From contig OX597815.1 in assembly GCA_951406725.2 (NCBI GenBank), positions 88,412,001 through 88,476,000 on the forward strand: DNA of 64,000 nucleotides, given 5' to 3'. Position numbers and translations under genes: made by a program. Below the pieces are notes generated by a model. That model ran no database searches, had not been told where the DNA came from, and saw only the letters and a list, made by a program, of their open reading frames with translations. The number at the start of each line of letters is the position of its first letter. The first letter of the stretch is position 1. This document shows, piece after piece, positions 14,281-25,824 of this stretch. The DNA is from Octopus vulgaris. Taxonomy: Eukaryota.

Positions 14281-14803
14281 CCGTCGGAAGGATAATCCCG
14301 AGAACAAAGAAATAAGAATCCACAATATGGTAGAAGCCATAGCCACTCATAATAAAAAGTAATACTGGTGGAATGTACCAGTGAAGACCTCAATAAAATG
14401 TAAGCACAACAGAACTGATATAATGATTTGGGAAAGAGAAGAAAAACTGTGCACAGTTGTAGAAATTAGCTGCCCTGCAGATGTTAACAAAGCTGAAGAT
14501 CAGTGAACATGAGAACACCTATGCTGAACTATTGAGAAGTCTGCAGTTAGTCTATCCAGATTACAAGTTCAAGTTTATACCTATAACTATTGGGACCCTA
14601 GGATATGTAAGACTGTCTAAATACCGATCTTGAGAAATTAGGCTTCTCAAAATCAAAAGAGAAAGCTAATTCAAAGACTACAGATCCACTCCATCACTGG
14701 AACTGTTGTTGATGTTGAAATTCCAATGAAGGAGCCTTGGATCTAGGTTAGAAACCGGCTCTTTCTCTATTGGCTAGAAATCTTGAAATAAAAACTGAAC
14801 AAT
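14281..14803 (+). mobile_element. 5'-truncated R4/Dong-like RLE non-LTR retrotransposon 3' end
   Basis: Translates to YWWNVPVKTSIKCKHNRTDIMIW..LCTVVEISCPADVN..ENTYAELL..YPDYKFKFIPITIGTLG (restriction-like endonuclease). The 3' UTR has a stem-loop (GAAGGAGCC/GGCTCTTTC). Flanks are (CATA)n and (CA)n. Confidence 0.8.
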
Positions 14804-14841
<38 letters not shown>

Positions 14842-14844
<3 letters not shown>

Positions 14845-15143
14845 CTCGATTTAACGACCTATGTGACTTAAGACTATCCGCATTTACGACCACAAAAATA
14901 AATAAAAAAATCGATTTTCAGACGTTGGGCAATTGCATATATGATAACTATGGCAGCATCTGACAACGCAGGCCTCCCGCAGCAGACACAGTCGTCCACT
15001 GTCTGCCACTATCTCTCACTCAGTCGTTTTCAAGCATCAGTTGCTTTTGAATGAAAATAGTGTCGAAAAATATAAATCCTACATACGACCAGACCGACTT
15101 ATGAGCTACCATTCGGAGCGGAATTCGGTCGTAAGTCGAGGAG
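14842..15143. mobile_element. Tigger/pogo-type MITE
   Basis: Inverted ends CTCCTCGATTTAACGACC and GGTCGTAAGTCGAGGAG, with internal ACGACC subrepeats. Confidence 0.7.
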
Positions 15144-15169
15144 AGGTATGTGTGCGTGAATTGAGTGTT

Positions 15170-15220
<51 letters not shown>

Positions 15221-15420
15221 TGGTTGTCTACTTATGCAGAGTCTGATTACTTCTTGTACTTACACCTTAGATCCATTATGGCATCTGATGTAGGTTTTTA
15301 AAACCAGGCAATGTATTGAAAAGACCCTCCACACATATATATGCGTGTGCATTTGAAAGAGTGTGTATTGGAAATCATGCTCTTGAACAAGTGCATGTGT
15401 GTTTATAATTGAAAGTGTGT

Positions 15421-15471
<51 letters not shown>

Positions 15472-15898
15472 TGCTTGTCTGTGTGTGACCAAAAGCATGT
15501 ATGTATAAATGTATAATGGAAAATGTATGTGGGGATGTTTGAAAACATGAATACATGTGGAAGATTGTCTATGCTATGTATTTATGCATGTATGTGAAAG
15601 TGAATGCGTATTTGTCATTCTGGTTTCGTTTAATATAAAAATAGAGAAAGACTAGTGTATATAAGTGGGTAAATATATAAGTGAATAAATGAATGAATGT
15701 AGCTAGTGAGTATGACAGGTCAGTGAAGGTGAATAGCTTCCAATAGTAGCGCCTGCCTGACACTACGCCATATACTTCAGCACTGAGTTTTAGTCAATTA
15801 CCGCACACGTAATTAAGAGGAACACTAGGAGGAATGCATTACAGGTGTATAGAGTGTAGTACTACAATGTGTGTGTGTGTGTGTGAGAGAGAGAGGGG

Positions 15899-15939
<41 letters not shown>

Positions 15940-16215
15940 AAATACTTATACGCTCCAGATACCTCTGTGTTTTTAATTACATACAGCTCAACGTTAAATG
16001 TAAGCGATAACTTGAATATATTACTGGGTTCATGAAACAGAAAAAAATGTGTTTACGAGAGAGAAAGACTCTTGTGTTCCTGATAGGATAAACAGAAGCG
16101 AGTGTTCTGGAGAGAGAAAAAGGCGGAATTGAGGCATGAAGTGAAAAAAAATACTAATTTGTTAAAAGCGTATGTGTGTGTGTGTATATATATGCATAGA
16201 GATAGATAGATAGAT

Positions 16216-16271
<56 letters not shown>

Positions 16272-16314
16272 CGGACATGTTAATGGTTGCAACAACAGAA
16301 AAAGCTTTACGAAC

Positions 16315-16374
16315 CTGAGTTGCTCCAGCTTTTCGCTCTGTCTCGTTGTTTTACTCCTGGTGATATGTTAGCGC
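16315..16374 (-). CDS. Candidate 60-nt coding exon, phase 1/1: (G)ANISPGVKQRDRAKSWSNS(G)
   Basis: Pyrimidine-rich acceptor ending tctttaattttcgtAG and donor cag|GTTCGT. Only the phase-1 frame is open, matching the phase-1 end of the 60135-60531 exon. Confidence 0.5.
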
Positions 16375-16843
16375 CTACGAAAATTAAAGAAAAAGGAAAA
16401 TTATATATAAAAAAAAACAAACAAAAAAACAAACCTCTTTTTACATTGACTTTTAAGTAATGTGTTTGTAAGAAATACTTTGAACATATCGGAAAGAAAT
16501 AAGATATAGAAAGCATTTGAACTCGAATGACATCTTTTTGAATACATTCTTTATAATCCTATAAGGTGAAAATGTCTAAAGAGAGTTTCACATTTAATGA
16601 TCTTAAAATATACAATAAATCTATTCATGTATTGATTGGTTGTCTTCTATTCCACCCCAGTGTAACCTCCGCCAATATTTCTATAGAACACATTAAAAAT
16701 TACAAAAAATTCGAAAATAAAATAAAGAATTACCATTGAAGTGTTATCGTGAAATATTATCGAATTTAAAATAATGCGTAAGCAATTCCCAGAACAGCTA
16801 TCAGTTTGAAAAAAAAGGTAATTCTTCCTACACACACACACAC

Positions 16844-16898
<55 letters not shown>

Positions 16899-17676
16899 CG
16901 ATTACAGCTATTTCTGATACTCGCTTTACCTTGTATAGTTTAAAGATATATGTGTATATATATACACATATTTATATCCTCCAACTGGTAGATTGTACAA
17001 CTGAAGCACATGTCATCCGAATGACAACAACATTCTATTTGTTACTACCAGACTTGGCAACTCGTCTCTACCCTCTCCAAAACACTATATTTGCTCCGAA
17101 GAATCGTGTAGTATTAGTGGTAGTAGTAAGGAAATGCTGGCGACTCTCGTAGTAGAGGTGTTGGCAATTGTAGTGCTAGTAACTGTGAGAATGGAAGTGA
17201 AACTGTTCATATATTACATTCATTAAATACTAAAAAAACCAGCGCCCTCTTAATTCTATTCCATCTGACCGACGTCATTTCTGACCTGTGGACACCAACT
17301 TCCTGTCTACAAAACAGCTGAAAACACACCGAATACGTCATTAATTTCCTGCGTATATATTCACTTTTGTATGTTTACTTCCCATTCTCTCTCTCTCTCT
17401 CATTTTTACTATGTCACGAATACTCTACAACCTATTGCAATTATTTCTTAAGTTGAAAGCCAAGTACTTATATTTGTACGTGCGGTACTAAGCGTTAAAA
17501 TTTTAGAGACGTCCATTCCATTCGACAGTATTACATAATGACGAAAGCACACACATACACACACACACACACACGTTACAAAATACATAAAAATACAAAG
17601 AAAAGTGATGATTGCGTCAGCAAAAATAAAATAGTTATTAAAATCGATAGAATGAGAAAAGTTCGTGTGTTTTTCT

Positions 17677-17850
17677 GTAGCCCCAGGTTAGTCCTGATCG
17701 AGCAGAGCTAAGATTAAAAATATTGTAGCCATGAATATGCCATATTTTTCCTTCAGGAATTGTATACGCCAACTACCAAATGCCTTAAGACAGAAGAACA
17801 TGATTTGATGGAAATTTGGTAACGATTTATTCACAGGAAGAGCAACAACG
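17677..17850 (+). mobile_element. Old interspersed repeat (SINE-like), several copies in window
   Basis: AGCCCCAGGTTAGTCCTGATCGAGCAGA...TGATTTGATGGAAATTTGG is shared with ~55462-55630 (+) and ~44800-44940 (-); weaker matches at ~49385-49450 and ~51290-51410. Confidence 0.55.
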
Positions 17851-18305
17851 TTGAGAGTATCCTGTTGGCTCTTAAGTTCGTGCGTCGTGAGGAGAGAGCG
17901 TGAGCCAGTTTCAGGCACAGCCCTTTTTCAACGGTTTTATCATTGTTTGGAAGTAACCACTGTAAGGAAACGTGACGTCATAGTTTCTAAGGTTGATAGA
18001 CAAGTGGAACGATAAAATAAAGCACCAGACTAAATGCTTCGAGAGAATTTAGTTTAATTTACTGAAAGACAAGGAACAAAGTCAAATCTAGATGTCGTTT
18101 ACCTTTTAGTACTCCAAGATTGACAATTATAAAAAATGAAATTACAAAAAAATTGAAATAAGTGAAATAAGTTGGCCAACGTGAATTTCGATAATTCAAG
18201 TAGGCAGTAGTGTATTAACTGAAGGACGCAAAAAATGTTAATGTATTGAAATTTGCGTTTTAGAGAGGAAAAAAACACAAGAACCTAGTGGTAACTTAAT
18301 GACTA

Positions 18306-18344
<39 letters not shown>

Positions 18345-21300
18345 AGTAGGGGGATAGCTACGGATTGGTTCCGGTTTTATTAAACCTCGATATTAAAGCT
18401 ATCTTCTCAAGTCTGCTGTGATCAGTGGACATATTTTTACAAGTAGATAAAGTGTTATATTTTTTTTACTCTCTCCAGATCTCATCTCTTTCAGTATTTG
18501 TAAAAATACGCCACTCATTACACGACTAAGTGAATTACCAGTAATATGTGCGTTTCTTACTTAGTAATGTAACTGTTGGGTCATTGATGCACAACCAAAA
18601 ATCCTGTCAGTTTTCACGTAGAAATTCAGCAAAGTACTTTGGGAACAGTTTATAATTGTGTTTTTTCAGTTTAACAGTGAGTCGATCTAACTAAACAACT
18701 CGCTAAAATTACAAAGGTTTATGTTAATTCAACTTGTGAGTTAATCCTTTGACCATATTTAAACCCCAATCTTTCGGTCAGTTATCCTATATGTCAACTA
18801 TCTACATTACTACAGTAATACATTGGTGGCAAACCCAGTCGACTATACGCGTCTCCTACAAAAGTTAAGTCTGTTAAAAGAAAAAGCCACGTTCAATAAT
18901 CCAGTGATGACTGCTTTAAAAAAAGTGAGATAAGTCCCTTGTGATCTACTTTTTCACAATTAGGTTTGAATAACTGGCTGGCGATAATTCACCCTTAAGT
19001 CACTAATCACTTTGTTTGAAATTTGAATGTTACAATTTCAATTTTCAGCCCCAAATAAATCCGAAACATGAAAATGTGAAACAAAAATTCAATAATCAAT
19101 ATTTTATGAAACTTGAGAAGTAGTTTCAGAAAGCAGGAGTTATCAGTGACCGATTCTTTAAATTGTACGATGTATGTGTTTAAACCCAAGAACTTACATA
19201 CCAATCACTTGGATAACCGAGTTATCTTGCCATTTATTGCTGACAATACCTATATTACCAAACGCTTCTGCGAGACAGAGCTGTAAAACATCAAAGATAT
19301 TTTTTCAGAAACCCGATAAGAACATAGAAAACTGAAATGAGGTCTCTTGGCGAAAATAAAATCCAATTTATCAACTGCTTTCTTTAATTTCAAACATATT
19401 GGAAAATTCTGATACGAGACTTGTATTGGCAGACTCAAAGCAGCATAATTATATAGCCGGTAAACACGAGATAGAGGTAATATTCTCATGTAACTATATC
19501 GACAAGAAGTAGTTAAGATGTCCTTTTAAAACTTCTAAGGTCATTTATCTGGATTAAGTTCGGAAAAAGAAAAAAAATGAAGTAAAATCCTGATTCTATG
19601 CTGTGGTGTTCGGCTATAAGCACATTGGCTTTAACGACTGTGCCATCATAAAAAAAAAGAACATACGTCTAATGGTGATGTTACATTACAATTCTTCTTA
19701 AAATGCGTCTTCAGGGAGAAATAGGCTTAACAAAAAACTAATGATTGTTCTGCGCTAAAAATATATTTGCTGATTCAAAAGCATGATTACTTTCTGTCTT
19801 CTAAAAACCTCACAAACTCAGATGAAACGAGTTTTTCGGAAGTAATTAGGCTGTCTCTTCTCTATCAAGTATTGCAACGTATAAGGTAACTAAACATTGC
19901 ATATTGATAGAAATATTATCTACGCATTTTATTAGTATAAAGTCAACTAGTCATGGAAACATTTGTTTAATCACAGAAGTTAAACAACCGCATGGTCAGC
20001 ATTTAAAGAGTATGACAATTTTTGAAAGCCAGTAAATAACCAGGTGGCTACAACCATGTAAAATGAGAGGGATGAGCAGCATATAAAAAAAGTCAAATTT
20101 AATAAATTACTTGCAGAAGTAAAGTGCTCAATTGTTAAAATGTGGACAATTCTTAATGAAACTAGTCTCCCAACGCCAATGTCACACTTATCAGAAGCCC
20201 TACTAGTGCTTTCAATCTCATGACAAACTTTAAATAACAGAGTATCTTGCATCGCCTCATAAACAAGTTGCACAAAAAAACCATATTTGTTGGCGCTTAA
20301 ACTAAGAAATTGATTTGCAACAGAGAATAATTCGTTGTTTTCCTAACATAGTACTGACCTTAATTTATATACGTGTACGATTCTATCATTTCTATCGATA
20401 TCTCGATGATGAAAATATATAGACACTAAATTAACTTTGACTATAAATTAATTTAAGAGAATTAGTATCATTACTAATCAAAATAAATTAGAGATTTTGT
20501 TGCATTGGCATAAGAACAAATAATTGTACTCTATCGTTTACAGCTTATGATCTGTATTTATTGTATTGATCATGAAGGAATCAAAAACAAATTGAACTAC
20601 CTCAGCTCGTAGAGATACGGAACTAAACCTAGTAAAGCATTTAAGTTGAATGCTCTATTTCTGCCCTTCCACCATCTTAAATACAAAGGAATTAACAATG
20701 AAAGACACTATCAAGCTAAAGTGTTTAAAAAAGTATAGGCTTCATAGGATCAGTCAAGGGGAATTAATGTTATAATCCTATATTCGTTTCCTTGTTTTGC
20801 TAACAGCTTAAATTGATTAAATTCTCTCTTCATTTCTCTCTCTCAAATATTTGTGGCGTTACATCTCCGGTCATCTTCAAATAAAATTTTATCAGGTCAG
20901 CTGCATTATGTACTCAAACGTTGAGTTGATGAATACCAGAACATCACGAACCAGATTCAAGACTATAAATCAAATTTTGTAAAATAGACGTTAATACTAA
21001 ATACAAGCTGCTACCCGTTTCTAACTATTTAAAATCTTTGGTTATACTTAAACTGTTGTTATAAATGAAATGCCATAAGCTTAATGTTTATACGAAAATA
21101 GAAATATAAGTTTAATGGAATGTCAACCTCTGTGATGTCTTTCTGACAAGAATTGAAATAATCAAAACGAGAACCATCTGAGCTACATAAAAACCAGGGC
21201 GATTGGAAGTAAGATTTATTCGGATTAAATATATTTAATAACTGACAACAACAGCGGTTATCGTAACACCAGCGATAAATACTTCAATGTAAGATTTAGG

Positions 21301-23167
21301 AAGAACTGCTGCAATGCGTTCGTTATAACTTTACGTCGAATATTGACACAAATGGAATATATTTCGACAGTATCCGCAGACAGTTACAGAACCAACAGAT
21401 GAAATGTAACTATCCATAAACATCGGTCACAATGCTCAACGACACAGTATTCGTCATTCATAGTATTTCAATCTAATATAATCTAAGAGCTAAACACGTC
21501 CTTCAACGCCTAATGGTTAGTGTCGAGGGTACATCAATGTAAATGTCCATTTCTCCTCTAGGTTATTAAAAATTGTAGATAAAAAAGAGTAACTGAAGTG
21601 ATTATGGATCATAGGAGAAGTCGAACCTTTGCTACAAAAACTTACTGCTATTCTACGATGCTCACACAAAGACCTTTGCAATCCATTGAACTGCTTAATA
21701 AAAAAATCAAAGAAACAAAATACATACTAAAGAATAGTAGTTTCTTAGCCTAGGTACAAAGAACTACTGTTAAGCGAGTGGAATAAGATATGCGTGAAAA
21801 TCAGGTCTCCTCTTTTTGTAAGCGTATTTGTAACTCAAGTGAACGGGAAAAGAAACTGGATCGCAGTCTCTACTTGCCAGGAAGTTCTTGGTGCATTTAA
21901 CTGATCACAAACGTAGCAAAGATGATTAAATTCCAATCCATTAGGATTTGACTATGATGGAGTGAAAATATATTGTTAATTCCAATTCCATTATATTTGC
22001 ACAGCTCCCTGTGTTTATTAAAAACGACAGAAAACAGCAAGCATAAATAAAATAAAATACAAAGTCTAAATTTCAACCTGTTGACATGTTTAATTAATGC
22101 ATTGCTATAGTATTCCAGATAAACTGTAGATATGCGGCTTTATTTTTATTTTCATAACTGATTTATTTTTAATGTTTCCTGTTGTAGTTTCAACTTCTAG
22201 CAGGTTATCAACTGAAACATCACGACTTTTGCTGAGAACACGTTTGAAGAATACCAGTAGTAGATGTACGAAAGAAAAAAGAAAGAATCGAAGTTAAAAA
22301 AATTGTTGGAAGATGACAGAAAGTAGTGAAAACTGCGTAGGTGTTGGCACAATCCTCTGAATTCTGATAGTAAATTATACTAGTTATTTATGATAGATAC
22401 AGGTGTGGAAGAAAATTGATGTAATGAGATATATTCGCAAATGGTTATATATAAAAATATACCGTGTATAAACTAATACAGTTTGTACATGTAATCATAC
22501 TTAGACTTATCGTGAAGATATTTTTATTCGAAATGTAAGTTACAGAGCTTACATGATTAGCAACTGGAAGATCGTGATATTAAATCTCGACTCTACTCAC
22601 TGTTCTTATGTGCTCATTCAGCCAAGCTTACACACATTATAAAATTCTGTTACAATTTTTTGTGTTTCTTTGACAAAGATAAGAAAAAAAACAACGAAAC
22701 CAAACCAAACCAAACAAGAAAATCAGGCAGGTGTACGGTTGTGGCGAAATTACAGAAGTAAAATTTAAACTAAAACGTTTAGCAGTATTTAGTTGTGTTT
22801 TTTTTCGATCAGATCTCAAGTCCCGCGTAGTGTGTACAGATCTGCAATAAAAGATGACCAAGAAATAAGCATATGTTTTAACTCTGGGTCATGCGCAAGG
22901 AATGTTCAAAATGCGGAAAGTTGTACTCTTGTACCGCATATGTACCTCATCATTGATCCATCAGAAACAATTTAATAGGTTTTGATAGTACAACAGAAAA
23001 ATCTGTAAAGTTAGAAAACTTCAAGGAGAATTAAGTTGGAAATAGAATAAGATAGCTTTTTAGAATAACACACAGGATGCGATGGGTAGATTGTCGCCGT
23101 TTTATATTTTTAATTTCATGCATGTGCATTGTTTGTTTTTGACTTTGTCGACTACACAGTATAGTTG

Positions 23168-23883
23168 AGTCAGTTGGGCACCGTCTGTGAGAAAAAACAG
23201 CACCATGACACAATTCACTCAGTCAGAAATTTGGAAACGACATGCTGTACTGCTTGGCGTCGGAAGCTCCAATATGAACATTTCAGAGTGTTTGACTGTT
23301 AATCTGTGGACAGTGCAGAACGATTCGGAAAGAGTTTAATGAGACTAACGGTGATTAAAAAGTCAACATCATGGTGTTTGGAATAATCACTAGTGATGGC
23401 GACATTATGCCTCCATTCATCTTCCCACACGGCCTCACACTCAACACGGAGGCCTAAATCAAGTGCCTAGAGGAGATAGTGCTGCACTAGAAGACCCTAT
23501 GTCTGGCAACAGGACTCTGCACCATACCACATCACTCCTAACATCTGGCCACCTAACTCCCCCAGACTACAACCCCCTTGATTATTATGTGTGGGGTGCA
23601 GTTGAGCGAGAGACCAACACCTTGTAACACTATAGATGAACTGAAGGCAAGAATTATGGCAGTTTTCACCACCTTAAACAAGGAGACCGTCCAGAAGAGC
23701 TGCAGGAGATTCCGAAGTCGACTGGAAGCTGTGGTTGAAGCCAATGGCGATATTATTAAAAAAATTTACTCTTTAGTATTTCAAGATATTTTATGTAATT
23801 TTTGGTAAATATATCTTAAAACGAAATGTCAGTCTTATTTTCATTTTACGTAATTTAGACGACAGGTTATTCACCGCACCAAG
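23168..23883 (+). mobile_element. Internally deleted Tc1/mariner transposon of maT (DD37D)-like type
   Basis: MVFGIITSDGDIMPPFIFPHGL, YVWQQDSAPYH, IWPPNSPDYNPLDYYVWG, DELKARI..CRRFRSRLEAVVEANGD; probable right TIR near 23865-23883. Confidence 0.85.
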
Positions 23884-24399
23884 TATCTTCCACGCACAGA
23901 TATCATTCAAGGCGTACTAGATATACACGGAATTCACACATAGAATTTGAACTATCAGGATTTTAGTTTTCTTTAGAATATTCTTTGATCCAGAATAGGT
24001 GGGTGAAATGCTTTGGTTATTCAAGTATATATGCATATTATAAAAGTCTGCGATATTTTGTTCAGTGTTATGCTTAAATAAATATATAAAGGATTAGAGC
24101 AATTTTCACTGTATGATTACTTATATTTATATAAAATGGAAAATTTAGTTGCAGCAAACTCCGTAGAATGTAAGTAAGCTCTTGAACGATTGCCAGTTAC
24201 TTTTCGCAATTGTAGGCGTTTTATTTCAATCTACTAACTTCGAGAAGTTATAAATGGTCAAATGAAAAGAGGGTTCGTATCATATCACCCTCACTTTACA
24301 ATGACCATGACTTAAAACTTTAGTTTTTAACTACCAGGTCCACCAAATCATGAACAATTATTTTCTATATTCGTCAATTTCAGTCCCTCACCTGAACTT

Positions 24400-25765
24400 A
24401 ACAGCACCTCTCTTCTTCACCTAACTTGTTCTTACCCTAAACTGTTCCTCGTCCGGCAAGTTCTACCAGCAAGCTACCAATATATCTAAGGGAATCAAGA
24501 TGGGCTCCAGTTACGCTAACCTTTTTGTAAGCTGTACTGAGGCTCAGGTGTTTTCCCAATCCACCAAATCCACCCGAGAGATGAACGGTCCTTATATTGA
24601 CGAATGCATCAATGCTACTTCGTTCTCCAGAGATGAACTTACGGTCTTCATCTTATACACCAACACCTTTCAATCTACTGTAGAATATACTTCTAACATC
24701 ACCAGCGCATTTGTCACTTTCGATAGCCTATATTTCGAATACAGTGCAATATAAACTTACTGGTTAACACTCTTACCTCGAATGTTCCATCTTGCTCTAA
24801 AACGGTCACCTCCTACTGGTAATTTCTCCATCTCTGACGATTATGCAGCAAGGATTCTAATTTCGTTTCCAAATCCGAATAGATGAATCAATTTTCTTCA
24901 TATGAAAAATCCTTGACTTAATGATTAACGCTGTGCGCAGCTGGTAACAGGTCATTTATAGAGTCTCAGCACTTATCTTACACGCCCGAAGGGAGTATTC
25001 AGTCGCCTACTATATTCAGTCGTCACCTTTGCTGCTTGAACAGGATATTCTCCGCAACTTCCACTTCAGTCCTTCTGACTTTCAGGCTCCAAACTTTTGG
25101 TCAGCTCTTTTTGACCGCTTGTAAATTATACCCACCTTCAAATACTCCCGTTCTATATGCTACACATAACTTGCCCCAAATCACTGCTTAAATTATTTCC
25201 TCTTTCACCTGTAAACTCTGCAAATCACTGCACGTGGGTAAAATCGACTGTCATTTAGGCGATCGCTTCCCCGAGTGCCTCCTCGAAGTTTACGATGACA
25301 TGCAAGTACTCTCCAAACACCTAGCAAGACATTTTAATTGATCAGATTACATTTTTGGACAACTTCTAGGATTGCGTAGTCACTTTACACTATAGTTCGC
25401 TCAATGTCGGCAAGTGGAAAGGTAAACATATCCCTTTCACTCCAAAAACTTCATCAGCTGGCAATAATGATAACTCACATTCTCCTAATCGACCTATCTA
25501 TCACGTCTTCAGCTTCACGACATCCATTATATATATTTTTTTATGATCTCTTGACCTTAACTCCATTTTTCAAATTTGTAATGATTATCTCCTTTCTGAA
25601 TCCGCCATCTCCTTAACACTTGTTTCTCGCTGCTATATCCTCTCCTCCTCAATTCTTTACTGTCTTATTGTTTCTTCTTCTCACTACTTCCAACCCATTC
25701 ATCCGATAGCATCAGAAAATAACATCTCCCGACGAAAGTTTCTTTACAAAACGTTAGAAGAGTAG
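24400..25765 (+). mobile_element. Decayed Penelope-like element (RT, GIY-YIG, 3' region with degenerate hammerhead)
   Basis: GIKMGSSYANLFV and YIDEC (PLE RT motifs, ORF 24500-24754); CKSLHVGKIDCHLGDRFPE (GIY-YIG remnant, ~25220-25280); hammerhead-like CCGACGA..AAAACGTTA at 25725-25762. Confidence 0.7.
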
Positions 25766-25790
25766 TCTTTCGAACCTCGTATAGCACTGG

Positions 25791-25824
<34 letters not shown>

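Noticed and set aside
14720-14772. CCAATGA..GAAACCGG hammerhead-like motif in the RLE element 3' UTR
   Set aside because: The core deviates at two catalytic positions; it is better explained as a simple stem-loop.
19250-20273. ORFs 19250-19489 and 19980-20273
   Set aside because: No recognisable motifs or convincing splice signals; lengths are consistent with chance or old TE decay.
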